Virus record (IMG/VR): IMGVR_UViG_3300029705_000244
Source of the DNA: a virus
DNA length: 44,051 bases
Strand: one strand, 5' to 3'
In this document: positions 13,501 to 23,041 of the stretch, in pieces
How positions within the stretch are numbered: position 1 is the first letter of the stretch
Layout: the number at the start of each line of letters is the position of its first letter
Program-made: the position numbers and the translations under genes
The notes under the pieces: generated by a model
What the model was told of the DNA's origin: nothing
Database searches by the model: none
Seen by the model: only the letters and a program-made list of their open reading frames with translations

Positions 13501-14181
13501 ATGGCAGCAAAGAAAAAAGATGCAGCAGTTGCAGAAGCAACAACAGAACAGGTTGACTTGGATAAGGTCACAGAAGAAAACAAGAAGCAACTTGACAACA
13601 AGAAGTATGTGGTTGACCGCTTACTGGAAACCAAACGTGAAGGAATGGAAGATTTGGTTGAGTATATGGACGAAATCGGTTTCTTTTCCGCACCTTGCAG
13701 CGGTGGCAATCACTTGTGTTGCGAATTTGGTCTTGTTCATCACACCCGCAACGTCATCATGGCAGCAGAAAACATTGGCTGTGCGTTACTTGGTAAGCAG
13801 AAGTACATGGAAATCAGGGATTCAGTCACCATTGCAGCAGCATTACATGACCTTGGTAAGTGCGGTGACTATGGTAAGCAGTTGTATGTACCTAATGTTT
13901 TGAAGTCCGGCAAGGTGTCAGATGCCAAACCGTTCAAGCAGAACAAAGAATTGTTACCGCTTGACCATGCAACCCGCAGTATTAAGTTAGCAACCCTTTT
14001 CATTGACCTGACAGAAGAAGAAGAATTTGCTATCAGATACCATGACGGTCTGTATGAACGTGCAAACTATGCGGTCAATGGTAATGAAACCGCATTGTAC
14101 CTGATTATACATTATGCGGATTTGTGGTCAAGCAGAATCACAGAAGGTGGAAAATCAGAGGAAGGAAACGGTGAAGAATAA
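13501..14181 (+). CDS. HD-domain phosphohydrolase (YhaM-like)
   Basis: FFSAPCSGGNHLCCEFGLVHHT, AAALHDLGK, RYHDG. Confidence 0.8.
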   Translation: MAAKKKDAAVAEATTEQVDLDKVTEENKKQLDNKKYVVDRLLETKREGMEDLVEYMDEIGFFSAPCSGGNHLCCEFGLVHHTRNVIMAAENIGCALLGKQKYMEIRDSVTIAAALHDLGKCGDYGKQLYVPNVLKSGKVSDAKPFKQNKELLPLDHATRSIKLATLFIDLTEEEEFAIRYHDGLYERANYAVNGNETALYLIIHYADLWSSRITEGGKSEEGNGEE

Positions 14182-14465
14182 TGGGAAAACATGAGAACAT
14201 CACACCTGAACAGGTTCAGGAAATGGAAGAAACTATTGAGAGTTTAAGAGAAGAAGTCAGAAAGCACATGGAACTTCGTGCAGAATCCGCAGAAAAACAC
14301 AAAGCGGAAATTGCTGAAATCACTGCAAAGCATCAGGAAGAAGTTCAGGATTTGGAAGGTCAGATTAGATTGTTAGAAATGCACATTGAACAGTTGATTA
14401 CTGACAATACAATCATGGATGCACAGTTGGATATTGTGAAGATGATGTGCGGTGTGCATGAGTAG
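14181..14465 (+). CDS. Hypothetical coiled-coil protein
   Basis: Start is coupled to the upstream stop (ATAATG). Glu/Lys-rich heptad-like sequence. Confidence 0.6.
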   Translation: MGKHENITPEQVQEMEETIESLREEVRKHMELRAESAEKHKAEIAEITAKHQEEVQDLEGQIRLLEMHIEQLITDNTIMDAQLDIVKMMCGVHE

Positions 14466-14483
14466 AAAGGACAGGTGAAAATC

Positions 14484-14651
14484 ATGGTAAATGAGAAACA
14501 GGGCAAAGTCTACAATCCAAGACCAGTATACAACCGCAAGTTGTTACGTTCCGTAATTCGTGCGGGTGTTCAGAAACAGTTTGGTCAGCATCATGTATCT
14601 GCTAATATGGCGGGTAACTTTGAGAGAATCAGAAAGGGACAGGTGAAGTAA
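14484..14651 (+). CDS. Hypothetical basic protein (55 aa)
   Basis: ATG after aggtgaaaatc (MVNEKQGKVYNPRPVYNRKLLRS...). It fills the gap between neighbouring genes and is below the track cut-off. Confidence 0.5.
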   Translation: MVNEKQGKVYNPRPVYNRKLLRSVIRAGVQKQFGQHHVSANMAGNFERIRKGQVK

Positions 14652-14652
14652 T

Positions 14653-15921
14653 ATGGCACAGATGCTTTTAGTTATGGGTGAATCCGGCACTGGTAAAAGT
14701 ACCAGTTTAAGAAATTGTGACCCGGTGACAACTGCGGTTGTCAACCCGGTGGGTAAACCGTTACCGTTCAAGAATCGTTTTGAAATGTTGAACAATGTGA
14801 CAGATGCCCGCACAATTACCAAGTACATGAAGGAACAGGCAGCAACCGGGAAGAAGTTGATTGTGGTTGATGACTTCCAGTATATTCTTGCAGTACCGTA
14901 CATGAACCGTATCAAGGAAACAGGTTGGGATAAGTACAATGATTTTGGTGCGAACTACTTTGACATTATCAATGTATGCAAAGACCTTCCTGATGACGTT
15001 GTGGTTGCTTATATGACCCATTTGGAAACCCTTGAAAACGGTCTGACAACCGTGAAACTGATTGGTAAGTTGTTACGTGAGAAAATCACCATTGAAGGAC
15101 TTTTCACCGTTGTTCTTAGAACCGGGGTGAATGAAGGTAAGTATTACTTCTACACACAGAACAGTGGAAAGGACACCGTAAAGTCACCGCTTGGAATGTT
15201 CCCGGCTTATGCGATTGACAATGATTTGAATTATGTTGCTGACAAAATCCGCAACTTCTATGAAATCGGTGAATACAAGTCTGATGCTGAAATGAATCAG
15301 GCTGATGCAGCGGTTGCGGGTGATGTGGAAAAGCCGGATGCAAATGGTAGACGTGCAAGAAGTGGCAGAAGTTCAAAGGCAACTGAACAAACTGCTGAAA
15401 CCACTGAACAGGGTACTACATCCACTGGCAGACGTGCAAGAGGTACTAAAACACATGATGAAGTGGTTGCAGAGAATCAGCAGAAAATGGCAGAGTATCA
15501 GGAAAAGTGTGATGCAGCTATTGCAGAAGTGGCGGGGGATGCAGAAGAAGTTGATTTTGATACTGCTTGTGCTGCTACTGAAAACATCCCTAAACCTGAA
15601 TTTGAAACACCGCCAAGAAGAACCCGCAAGGAAAGACAGGCTGCAAGTGCATCCGCTACATCCGCACCTGAAACACTTACAGAAACCACATACTTCTTCA
15701 TTGAAGCAACTGGTAACTATGTAATGAAACAGGCGGGGGATGTTGCCCCGGAAGGTGGCAAGGTCATCACTAAGGATGAATTTGTTAAGGGCGGTGCTGC
15801 CATTGCCCGCAGTGGTCAGGGAACTACTGAAAACGCAGTTGAAGGTGCTATGAATCCACCTGAAACTGGTGCAGCAGAAGAACAGGGTGGACGTACCCGC
15901 AGACAAAGAAGAACACGATAA
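14653..15921 (+). CDS. P-loop NTPase (AAA_24/Sak4-like recombination ATPase) with a long low-complexity C-terminal tail
   Basis: LLVMGESGTGKST (Walker A) and LIVVDDF (Walker B). The last ~200 aa are Ala/Glu/Thr/Arg-rich and look disordered. Confidence 0.75.
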   Translation: MAQMLLVMGESGTGKSTSLRNCDPVTTAVVNPVGKPLPFKNRFEMLNNVTDARTITKYMKEQAATGKKLIVVDDFQYILAVPYMNRIKETGWDKYNDFGANYFDIINVCKDLPDDVVVAYMTHLETLENGLTTVKLIGKLLREKITIEGLFTVVLRTGVNEGKYYFYTQNSGKDTVKSPLGMFPAYAIDNDLNYVADKIRNFYEIGEYKSDAEMNQADAAVAGDVEKPDANGRRARSGRSSKATEQTAETTEQGTTSTGRRARGTKTHDEVVAENQQKMAEYQEKCDAAIAEVAGDAEEVDFDTACAATENIPKPEFETPPRRTRKERQAASASATSAPETLTETTYFFIEATGNYVMKQAGDVAPEGGKVITKDEFVKGGAAIARSGQGTTENAVEGAMNPPETGAAEEQGGRTRRQRRTR

Positions 15922-15946
15922 AAGAAAGGTTAAAAGGTGAAAGATT

Positions 15947-16426
15947 ATGAGTATTGATTTCAGTGCATTTGACAACAAGGTTGATTTGGAAGGTTTACAG
16001 AAGGAAGTTCAGGAAGCACCAAGTAATGATTTTCAGGACGTGCCGGACGGTAAGTATATCGTAAGTATTGAGAAAATGGAAATCAGACTGACCAACGCAA
16101 AGGACAAGTTGATGTTTGCGGTTCAGTGTAAAATTACGGAAGATTTACAGGGCGGTGGTCAGGAAAAACGCATGATTTTCTTCAACCGTGTTATCAGCGG
16201 TAACAAGAGCAGTGAAACATGGAATGACGGACGTGCAATCAAATCTGTCATCACTTGGTTGGAAAAGTTGGAAACAGAGGTTGTGCCGGAGTTCATCAAC
16301 TATTCAGACTTTGCAGATTGTGTCCTTGACATTTTTCAGGAAATTCAGGGCAAGATTGAAATGGAAGTTACTTACAAGGGTGATGCGTTCAACCCTATCA
16401 CTATCAATGAAGTATTCGACTGCTAA
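15947..16426 (+). CDS. DUF669-like protein (putative ssDNA-binding partner of the ATPase)
   Basis: Size, position after the ATPase and the motif VPDGKYIVSIEKMEI match DUF669-type phage proteins. Assigned from memory only. Confidence 0.5.
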   Translation: MSIDFSAFDNKVDLEGLQKEVQEAPSNDFQDVPDGKYIVSIEKMEIRLTNAKDKLMFAVQCKITEDLQGGGQEKRMIFFNRVISGNKSSETWNDGRAIKSVITWLEKLETEVVPEFINYSDFADCVLDIFQEIQGKIEMEVTYKGDAFNPITINEVFDC

Positions 16427-16442
16427 AATTTTTTAGTTGCAA

Positions 16443-16461
16443 TGTGGATTGTAAGTCCACA
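16443..16461. promoter_or_regulatory. Operator-like palindrome TGTGGA-N7-TCCACA (copy 3) in a promoter-like context
   Basis: tgtgga ttgtaag tccaca lies between TTGCAA (16437-16442) and CATAAT (16460-16465). Confidence 0.55.
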
Positions 16462-16472
16462 TAATATAATCA

Positions 16473-16509
16473 GGCGGTGGCGGGGAATCCCCCCCCCACT
16501 GCCTTTTTT
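16473..16509 (+). terminator. Rho-independent terminator containing a C9 run
   Basis: ggcggtggcgggg / ccccccccc-actgcc stem (12 of 13 pairs) followed by tttttt. Confidence 0.8.
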
Positions 16510-16526
16510 AAGAAGGATGTGACGAA

Positions 16527-18440
16527 ATGTTATTTTATGACTTTGAGGTTTTCAAGTATGACTGGTTAGTTGTGGTGATTGATGTGACCCGCAAAAAGGA
16601 ACACGTGATTATCAATAACCCTGATGAATTAAAAGCCTTATATGAAGCAAATAGAAATGATATATGGGTGGGTTTCAATAACAGGCACTATGACCAGTAT
16701 ATTATGAAAGGCATCCTGTTAGGAATGAACCCAAAGAAAATCAATGATTTCATTGTGGTTCAGGGTGGTGAAGGTTGGCAGTTCTCAAATGCGTTCAACA
16801 AAGTTCCTATGATAAATTATGATGTAATGCCAAACCCACCAGTAGGTTTGAAAACAATGGAAGCCTTCCTTGGTAGTAACATCAAGGAAACGGAAGTTCC
16901 TTTTGATATAGATAGACCGCTGACACAGAAGGAAATTGAACAGACAGTTTTCTATTGTCGGCATGACGTAGAACAGACCATTAAGGTCTTTTTGGAAAAG
17001 GTTGATGATTTCAATGCAATGCACGAAATTGTCAAGGCTTTCAAACTTCCACTGTCCTGTATAGGTGACAGTGAAGCAAGAATTACTGCAAAAGTGCTTG
17101 GATGTGAAAGGCAGACTTTTGATGATGAATTTGAAGTTGAATTTTTACCTTGCATCCGGCTGAAAAAATATAAATATGTTCAGGAATGGTTTGAAAAGAA
17201 CCTTGCTGAAATCAGGGAAACAATTTCATTCAACCGGGAACTGGCTGCATCCGGGCAAGGTAAACCACCAAATGAAGAAATCGTAAAAAGGGACTTTTAC
17301 AAGAACCGTTCCCTGACAACCATGATTGCCGGAATCCCACACACCTTTGGGTTCGGTGGGTTACACGGTGCATCTGATAAACCGATTCACAGAACCGGGG
17401 CAATATATCATGTTGACGTTGGTAACTATTACCCTTCTTTCTTACTGGCACATGGTTATGTTACAAGAGCAGCAACAAATGATAATTATTTCAATGTATA
17501 TATGACACGAAAAGCAATGAAGGGTAAACAGATTGCATTTGCCAAGGCGGGAAATAAGGCTGAATCAAAGCGGTGGAAAAAGGCACAGTTACCATACAAG
17601 AAAATGCTGAACGCACTTTCAGGTGCTATGAAGGACAAGACCAACCCCGCCTATGACCCAAGAAACAACAATATCATGTGTATCAACGGTCAGTTGCTTA
17701 TGCTTGACCTGATTGAACACTTGGAAGCAATACCGGGATTTGAACTGATTCAGACCAACACTGACGGTCTGATTGTAAGAGTGCCGGACACTGATGAAGC
17801 ATTTGAAATGTTGGATGATATTTGTTGGGAATGGGAATCACGCATCAGTACCGACAGGTGCAGCATCCTTCTTGAACTGGATAGTATCAAAGAAATCTAT
17901 CAGAAGGACGTAAACAATTACCTTTGGGTAGATGCTGACGGTGGTGTTGAACGTATTGGGGCATACGTGAAGGAACTTTCAAAGATTGACAATGACCTTC
18001 CTATCCTGAACAAAGCACTGGTTGATTATATGGTACACAAAACACCTGTTGAAGATACCATAAATCAGTGTGATGACCTGATTATGTTCCAAAAGGTTGT
18101 GAAGTTATCAAGCAATTACAAGTGGGTTGAACATGAACACTGCACCCCTATTGAACGGAAAACTGGGGTCAGGGTCATCAAGACACATTTGGAATATCCT
18201 GAATCTATCAGGTACACATACAAATCATACCGGGTGTTTGCATCCAAAGATATTCAGGACGGTAGGCTTTTACGGTGTGGTGGTAAAAAGGCAAAGGGTG
18301 AAAAGTTCGGAAACACGTCAGAACACTGTTTCATTTTCAATGATTCCGTGGTCGGTGTAAAAGTACCGCAGACCCTTGATAAGCAGTGGTATATAAATTT
18401 AGCAAAGAAAAGATTGAAAGATTTTGGTGTTGTTGCCTGA
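16527..18440 (+). CDS. DNA polymerase with N-terminal 3'-5' exonuclease (family-B-like motifs)
   Basis: Exo motifs FYDFEVF, NNRHYDQYI, YCRHDV. Pol motifs DVGNYYPS (A), KKMLNALSGAMK (B), QTNTDGLIV (C). Confidence 0.8.
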   Translation: MLFYDFEVFKYDWLVVVIDVTRKKEHVIINNPDELKALYEANRNDIWVGFNNRHYDQYIMKGILLGMNPKKINDFIVVQGGEGWQFSNAFNKVPMINYDVMPNPPVGLKTMEAFLGSNIKETEVPFDIDRPLTQKEIEQTVFYCRHDVEQTIKVFLEKVDDFNAMHEIVKAFKLPLSCIGDSEARITAKVLGCERQTFDDEFEVEFLPCIRLKKYKYVQEWFEKNLAEIRETISFNRELAASGQGKPPNEEIVKRDFYKNRSLTTMIAGIPHTFGFGGLHGASDKPIHRTGAIYHVDVGNYYPSFLLAHGYVTRAATNDNYFNVYMTRKAMKGKQIAFAKAGNKAESKRWKKAQLPYKKMLNALSGAMKDKTNPAYDPRNNNIMCINGQLLMLDLIEHLEAIPGFELIQTNTDGLIVRVPDTDEAFEMLDDICWEWESRISTDRCSILLELDSIKEIYQKDVNNYLWVDADGGVERIGAYVKELSKIDNDLPILNKALVDYMVHKTPVEDTINQCDDLIMFQKVVKLSSNYKWVEHEHCTPIERKTGVRVIKTHLEYPESIRYTYKSYRVFASKDIQDGRLLRCGGKKAKGEKFGNTSEHCFIFNDSVVGVKVPQTLDKQWYINLAKKRLKDFGVVA

Positions 18441-18460
18441 CACCGGGAAGGAAGGTCAAA

Positions 18461-18907
18461 ATGGAAATTTTACAAATCAAGTATGAAAACGGTTCAATGT
18501 CAGTGAACTTGGAAGAATTTCTTGGGTGCAGAAATATCACTAAATTCAAGAAGTTGGTAAAACTGATACGTCAGAGTTATACCCCTGATGAAATCTATAA
18601 GATACTGAACCATATTGAACAATTCAACGCAAACTATGAACTTGACCAAAAGGTCACGGAACAGAAAATCACTGGGTATTCACAGAAGGTGCGTTTTTGT
18701 GAAGGTCAGGTTGAACTTGTCACCCATTCAAGGGATAGATACAAGAGAAAGTCAGAGAACTGGGAAACCTTCAATGATAATTTGAAGGGTCACAGGGAAG
18801 AACTGAAAAAGATGCAGCAGTTGTTGAGGTCTGCAAAACAGGAATATAACAAAAGACTGAAAGATAAGGCATTTTTAGATAAATGTTCAATCGTGTTGCA
18901 AGGGTAG
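18461..18907 (+). CDS. Hypothetical protein
   Basis: ATG 18461 after gaaggaaggtca (MEILQIKYENGS...). The upstream part of the track ORF overlaps the polymerase gene. Confidence 0.6.
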   Translation: MEILQIKYENGSMSVNLEEFLGCRNITKFKKLVKLIRQSYTPDEIYKILNHIEQFNANYELDQKVTEQKITGYSQKVRFCEGQVELVTHSRDRYKRKSENWETFNDNLKGHREELKKMQQLLRSAKQEYNKRLKDKAFLDKCSIVLQG

Positions 18908-18916
18908 GTGAAAAGG

Positions 18917-20797
18917 ATGCTTTACAAAGGTTATGTTGAAACCAAGGGGAAACAACCCCTTGAAAAACTGAAAAACAGAACCAAGTGGAAAACCTATGAT
19001 GAAGTGAAGAACTTAAACGGTTATGGTGGTGTTCTTGCTGATGATACTATCCTGATTGACATTGATGACCCTGAACAGTCTGAAATGATGATGAACATTG
19101 TGGAAGAATATCAGTTGAATTGTAAAGTGTTGTGTACCAGTAGGGGCAGACACTTCCTGTTCAAGAATACTAAGGTGAACCGCAACCGTACACACGCAGC
19201 ACTGGCAGTTGGTTTGACCGCTGACATTAAGGTTGGGACACGTCTTTCTTATGAGGTCATCAAGATAGACGGTGAAGAAAGGTTTTGTGAATGGGATGTT
19301 GAACCGGGTGAAAAGTATGATGAACTTCCAAAGTATTTCTTCCCGGTCAAAGCGGTCACAGATTTTGTTGATATGGATGCCGGGGACGGAAGAAATCAGG
19401 CATTGTTCAACTACATATTGACCCTACAAAGTAATGATTTCACAGTGGAAGAAACAAGGGAGTGCATCAGAATCCTGAACAGGTTTGTACTGAAAGAACC
19501 ACTGTCAGATGATGAACTGGAAGTGATTCTTAGGGATGAAGCATTTCAGAAACCAGTGTTTTTCCTTGGTGCAACCTTCCTGTTTGATAAGTTTGCAACG
19601 TTCCTGAAAAATAATGGTCACGTGGTGAAAATCAACGGTCAGTTGCATATCTATCGGGACGGTATCTATATCAACGGTTACAAGGAAATTGAAGCGGAAA
19701 TGATTCAGCACATTCCGAACCTGAAAAAGACCCAAAGGCGGGAAGTTCTTGACTACATGGAATTGATTGTTGATGAAGTCCCGGCAGCAGATGCCCGCTA
19801 TATAGCATTTAACAACGGTGTGTATGATGTGGTTGAAGGTGAACTGAAACCGTTCAGTACAGAAATTGTTGTCACAAATCAAATCCCTTGGAACTATGTG
19901 CCGGATGCCTACAATGAACTGGCAGATAAGACCTTGACCAAGTTGTCATGTGGTGATGTAACAATCAGGGCATTGTTGGAAGAATGTATTGGATATTGCT
20001 TTTACAGAAGAAATGAACTGGGTAAGGCTTTCATCCTGACTGGTGATAAGTCCAACGGTAAAAGTACCTTTTTGGATGTACTGAAACATATTCTTGGTGA
20101 AGGGAATATTTCAGCCCTTGACCTGAAAGAACTGGGTGACCGTTTCAACACATCAATGATGTTCGGAAAACTGGCAAATATCGGTGATGATATTGGTGAT
20201 GATTTCCTTCAAGGGTCACAGGTCAGTATCTTCAAAAAGATTGTCACTGGTAACAGAATCAAGGCAGAACGAAAAGGACAAGACCCCTTTGAGTTTAACC
20301 CCTATATCAAATTACTGTTCGCAGCAAATGATATACCAAGAATGAAGGACAAGACTGGTGCAGTGCTTAGAAGATTGGTCATCATACCGTTCAATGCTTC
20401 ATTCAGTAAGAGTGACCCGGACTATGACCCTTTTATCAAGTACAAGTTAGTATCACAGGAAGCCATTGAATATATGATACAGTTGGGTATTGCCGGACTG
20501 ATTAGAATTTTGGAAAACAATGAGTTCACCAAGTCTGAAAAAGTGCAGAATCAGTTGGATGAATATGAAGAAGAAAACAATCCTATCATTGCATTTATTG
20601 CTGATACTGGGGTTGATATGATTGAGGATGAACCGACAAATGAAGTTTACAAACGTTATCAGGTATTTTGTGCTGACAATTCAATGACCCCTATGTCAAA
20701 TATCGTATTCAGTAAGCAGATAAACAAGCGGTTGGGACTGGAAATTAACGTTGTAAAACTGAACGGAAAGACAAGAAGAATATTCAGAAAAGTATAA
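18917..20797 (+). CDS. Bifunctional primase-polymerase / D5-P4-type helicase
   Basis: Prim-pol N-terminus (ILIDIDD, SRGRHFLF). C-terminal P-loop LTGDKSNGKSTFLDVL plus a Walker B-like stretch (LANIGDD). Confidence 0.88.
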   Translation: MLYKGYVETKGKQPLEKLKNRTKWKTYDEVKNLNGYGGVLADDTILIDIDDPEQSEMMMNIVEEYQLNCKVLCTSRGRHFLFKNTKVNRNRTHAALAVGLTADIKVGTRLSYEVIKIDGEERFCEWDVEPGEKYDELPKYFFPVKAVTDFVDMDAGDGRNQALFNYILTLQSNDFTVEETRECIRILNRFVLKEPLSDDELEVILRDEAFQKPVFFLGATFLFDKFATFLKNNGHVVKINGQLHIYRDGIYINGYKEIEAEMIQHIPNLKKTQRREVLDYMELIVDEVPAADARYIAFNNGVYDVVEGELKPFSTEIVVTNQIPWNYVPDAYNELADKTLTKLSCGDVTIRALLEECIGYCFYRRNELGKAFILTGDKSNGKSTFLDVLKHILGEGNISALDLKELGDRFNTSMMFGKLANIGDDIGDDFLQGSQVSIFKKIVTGNRIKAERKGQDPFEFNPYIKLLFAANDIPRMKDKTGAVLRRLVIIPFNASFSKSDPDYDPFIKYKLVSQEAIEYMIQLGIAGLIRILENNEFTKSEKVQNQLDEYEEENNPIIAFIADTGVDMIEDEPTNEVYKRYQVFCADNSMTPMSNIVFSKQINKRLGLEINVVKLNGKTRRIFRKV

Positions 20798-20813
20798 ATT
20801 TTTTTAGATGCAG

Positions 20814-20832
20814 AGTGGATTATACATCCACA
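20814..20832. promoter_or_regulatory. Operator-like palindrome (A)GTGGA-N7-TCCACA (copy 4)
   Basis: agtgga ttataca tccaca, in a context (aaatttttttagatgcag...cataag) paralogous to the 16425-16470 context. Confidence 0.5.
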
Positions 20833-20875
20833 TAAGAAAGGAAAGGTGCTGATATTATGTTGAATGAAAAGAAGT

Positions 20876-20886
20876 GGGGGGGGGGG
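20876..20886. repeat. G11 homopolymer upstream of the PAPS-reductase-like gene
   Basis: aagtgggggggggggtgaccgtcaATG. The tract lies inside a 10-codon mini-ORF (20857-20889). Confidence 0.9.
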
Positions 20887-20895
20887 TGACCGTCA

Positions 20896-22164
20896 ATGCC
20901 TGATTATATATACACTGAAAATGAAGTAAGAAAAATGTGGCAGCGGTCTTATGGTGAACAGTTAGGTGTTGCACAAGCAAAATGTATTGAAGCAATCGTG
21001 AGAACAGAAGGAAACCTTGCAGTATCGTTCAGTGGTGGAAAGGATTCCGCAGTACTGCTTTATTTAATGGCTGAAATGTGGGTAGTCACTTATCCTGATA
21101 AACCCCTTGAAGTTATGTTTGCGAACACAACAAATGAATTTGCTTGTATGCCGGGATATGTAAAGTTTTATTGTGCGTGGATTGAACAGAAGTTCAACAT
21201 AAAAATACACCTTACCCCGGTACATGGTGATAAGAGTTATTTTCAGGTCACTGATGAAGTTGGTCTACCATTTGTAAGTAAGAAGGTTTCACGCATGGTG
21301 AGAGATTGTAAAAAAGTCCTTCGTGGTTTGGGGTTGACTTATGCTGATATCAAGGATTTATTACCGCAACATTATACAGATAGTCATTATGATGAATTGG
21401 TTGCATCTGCCGATAAATTGCGTGAACTTGGTGTGTCAAATACGGTTATCTTATATCTAACTAAGGTTACCAGTGATAACAAAACCAGTCAGCAGCGGTT
21501 TTTACCAGTACAGTACAGACCATTGATTGATGCCCCTTTTGAATTGTCGGAAGAATGTTGTAAGTTCCTGAAAAAAGACCCTATAAAATACGCAAGTAAA
21601 GATATAGGTCAGTTGTTACCTGTTGTTGGTGAAATGGCTTGTGATTCTAAGGACAGAATGAACGCATACCGTCAGACTGGATGCAATATGTTTGACGGTA
21701 GCAGACCAAAATCAAAACCTTTGGGTGCAGCAACAGAGCAGACAATCTTGCGTTTCATCTATGAAGAAAAAATACCATGTTCACCTGTTTATGGTGAATG
21801 TATCTATGATGAAGAAACCGACACATATAAGTTCACCGGGGAACAAAGAACCGGGTGCAAATTATGCGGTTTTGGTTTGAAATTTGACCCTGAAAGATAT
21901 GTTAGATTACAAAAATTAGAACCAAATGTTGTAACCTTTGCCTTTACTGATAGGGATAGGGGTGGGTTGGGGTACATGGAAGTATGTACTTTCCTGAATG
22001 AACATTGTGATATGAATATTGCTATTCCTGAAATAGAACAGGGTTATTATGAAAAAAGAGCATTGGCATATAAAGCAAGAAAAGAGGAAGAAAATGAATG
22101 TGAGAAATCCAAAGTTAAACGCAGAAGGGTACGCAGACCCAACCGCTTACATGGGGATGCGTGA
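20896..22164 (+). CDS. PAPS-reductase-family PP-loop enzyme (DndC-like ATP pyrophosphatase fold)
   Basis: AVSFSGGKDSAVLLYL (PP-loop SGGKDS). C-terminal Cys cluster GCKLCGFG. Confidence 0.8.
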   Translation: MPDYIYTENEVRKMWQRSYGEQLGVAQAKCIEAIVRTEGNLAVSFSGGKDSAVLLYLMAEMWVVTYPDKPLEVMFANTTNEFACMPGYVKFYCAWIEQKFNIKIHLTPVHGDKSYFQVTDEVGLPFVSKKVSRMVRDCKKVLRGLGLTYADIKDLLPQHYTDSHYDELVASADKLRELGVSNTVILYLTKVTSDNKTSQQRFLPVQYRPLIDAPFELSEECCKFLKKDPIKYASKDIGQLLPVVGEMACDSKDRMNAYRQTGCNMFDGSRPKSKPLGAATEQTILRFIYEEKIPCSPVYGECIYDEETDTYKFTGEQRTGCKLCGFGLKFDPERYVRLQKLEPNVVTFAFTDRDRGGLGYMEVCTFLNEHCDMNIAIPEIEQGYYEKRALAYKARKEEENECEKSKVKRRRVRRPNRLHGDA

Positions 22165-22306
22165 TGTAATAAAAACAGAAAGTGAAGCAGATAAACGTGC
22201 CTATGATTTGGTGAAGGTCTTGAAGTACATAGTCCGTGCAGCGGGTTTTGAACTGATTGAACGTGTTCAGTTGCGTGATACCAAGTCAGGAAGGGAGTAC
22301 AAATAA
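22094..22306 (+). CDS. Hypothetical conserved-looking small phage protein
   Basis: MNVRNPKLNAEGYADPTAYMGM... It overlaps the previous gene by 71 nt in another frame. The start is uncertain (alternative M at 22151). Confidence 0.5.
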   Translation: MNVRNPKLNAEGYADPTAYMGMRDVIKTESEADKRAYDLVKVLKYIVRAAGFELIERVQLRDTKSGREYK

Positions 22307-22307
22307 T

Positions 22308-22643
22308 ATGGTTATTAAGAATGAACTGAAACTGTTTGATGTGGTTGATAAGATAGGGACTGAAAACCTTCTGATTCAGGTTGCAGAAGAATGTTCTGAA
22401 CTGTCAAAGGCTGCATTGAAATTACACAGAGTTGCAACCGGGACAACCCCGGTGTCATTGGAAGATGCCAAGGAAAACCTGATTGAAGAAATGGCTGATG
22501 TGTTGGTGTGCATGGAAGCAATGAAATATGAACTTGGTCAGTTTATTCCTGACCTGAACACTGAACTGGTGAAGATTGCGGAACATAAAACTGACCGTTG
22601 GCACAACAGAGTATTTGGAAGGGGTGACCAAGATGAATCCTGA
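22308..22643 (+). CDS. MazG-like nucleotide pyrophosphohydrolase
   Basis: QVAEECSELSKAALK ... LIEEMADVLVCMEAM (EExxE...EExxD pattern). Confidence 0.8.
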   Translation: MVIKNELKLFDVVDKIGTENLLIQVAEECSELSKAALKLHRVATGTTPVSLEDAKENLIEEMADVLVCMEAMKYELGQFIPDLNTELVKIAEHKTDRWHNRVFGRGDQDES

Positions 22644-22869
22644 ATATCTATCTGAATGTTATATCAGGGCATACAATAAAGCATTTGAACTGACCAAGAA
22701 TCCAAACCTTGCAGTTGGTGCGGGAATGGCGGTCATCAATACCATTGCAAATCAATCCAAGGTTCAGAATCAGAACCCTTCCATGAATTTGTTCATGGCT
22801 GCACTGATGAACGGTTACATGAAGAAATCACAGGAACAGGAAGAAGGTGACCAAAATGAAACTGATTGA
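22633..22869 (+). CDS. Hypothetical protein
   Basis: ATG 22633 overlaps the MazG stop (MNPEYLSECYIRAYNKAFE...). Confidence 0.55.
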   Translation: MNPEYLSECYIRAYNKAFELTKNPNLAVGAGMAVINTIANQSKVQNQNPSMNLFMAALMNGYMKKSQEQEEGDQNETD

Positions 22870-23041
22870 AGATAATGCCGGGTGTTTTCCCGGTGAAGTA
22901 TGTCACAGACCAGTGTGCAGTAAGTGCGGGTACAAAAGGTTATACAAACAGGTCACTGGTGCATTGCACCGCTTGAAGAAATGCCCGCAGTGTGGTCACG
23001 TGTTGGACTGGTCACCAGTAGATAAGAAAGTGGGTGTGTAA
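22856..23041 (+). CDS. Small zinc-ribbon protein
   Basis: CSKCG ... CPQCGH (two CxxC pairs), with RBS gaagg 8 nt upstream. Confidence 0.6.
   Translation: MKLIEDNAGCFPGEVCHRPVCSKCGYKRLYKQVTGALHRLKKCPQCGHVLDWSPVDKKVGV

Noticed and set aside
13215-13709. Long antisense ORFs in the track, for example 857-1237(-), 13215-13709(-), 15373-15978(-), 30238-30711(-), 33794-34126(-), 35121-35771(-), plus the many alternative-frame + ORFs
   Set aside because: All lie inside better-supported genes with recognisable motifs on the other strand or frame. They lack RBSs and have Ser/Cys/Leu-rich shadow-ORF composition.
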